Assembly: GCF_004010195.1 (NCBI RefSeq)
Contig: NC_057720.1
Location: forward strand, 25,216,282 to 25,280,281
Origin: Chiloscyllium plagiosum
Taxonomy: Eukaryota
Length of the DNA stretch: 64,000 bases
Direction of reading: 5' to 3'
Shown one piece after another: positions 63,606 to 64,000 of the stretch. The position numbers and the translations under genes are program-made. Under the pieces are notes generated by a model. It saw nothing but the letters and a program-made list of their open reading frames with translations, was not told the origin of the DNA and did no database searches. Every line of letters begins with the position of its first letter. The stretch's first letter is position 1.

Positions 63606-64000
63606 TTATCATGACCTCCATTATGCCCAAGTAGTCTGTTGAGGGTGGGAGTGAGCAGGCTCTCTGTCAGAAAGTTTTATTTACAGCAACATTTCATTAT
63701 TACTTAAGTGATTGATGTTACAAATAAAGTATAACAGTGATGTGTATATCCCTGCATTACATTTCTATTATTTAGTACATATGTTTGTGTTGATTGTGTG
63801 AACCTCTAGATCAACTGGAATATTTGATCAACCAGTACATTCCTGGTCCCATAGGTGCCACTTAATAAGTTTTCTGTACGCAGTTCGTTCCGCTATAACA
63901 CGCGGTTCATTCAAATGAAATTTGCTGTAACACAATTAACGAATTGGGGACACCATTTCAAAAGTGCAAATTTTTAAAGCATGTATTGGTTATAATGCAA

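Noticed and set aside
1..64000. Nested antisense gene (e.g. HYI), snoRNAs, or CRISPR/prokaryotic systems
   Set aside because: No coherent minus-strand exon chain, box C/D or H/ACA structure, or repeat-spacer array could be supported by eye.

Overview
Vertebrate genomic DNA, very likely a shark: it carries HE1/V-SINEs, CR1 LINEs and SacSINE1-like repeats. The whole window lies inside one plus-strand gene, SZT2 (KICSTOR subunit, mTORC1 regulator), recognised from memory of the human protein. Thirteen GT-AG exons from about 3429 to 63167 splice into one continuous frame covering the C-terminal part of the protein; the start and the last exons lie outside the window. Introns are packed with decayed, often nested retroelements (CR1, a second CR1/L2-group LINE, L2, V-SINE, Deu-type SINE, Penelope-like elements) and Tigger/pogo-like MITEs. 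Three things stand out: (1) a frame-preserving candidate cassette exon plus microexon at 36590-36802; (2) a LINE family with a tRNA-SINE-type 5' end whose two termini joined together match a local SINE; (3) many short Penelope-derived palindromes carrying minimal hammerhead-ribozyme motifs, and three Penelope-type insertions with 12-bp TSDs. Repeat boundaries are approximate and family names come from recognition, not from a database search.
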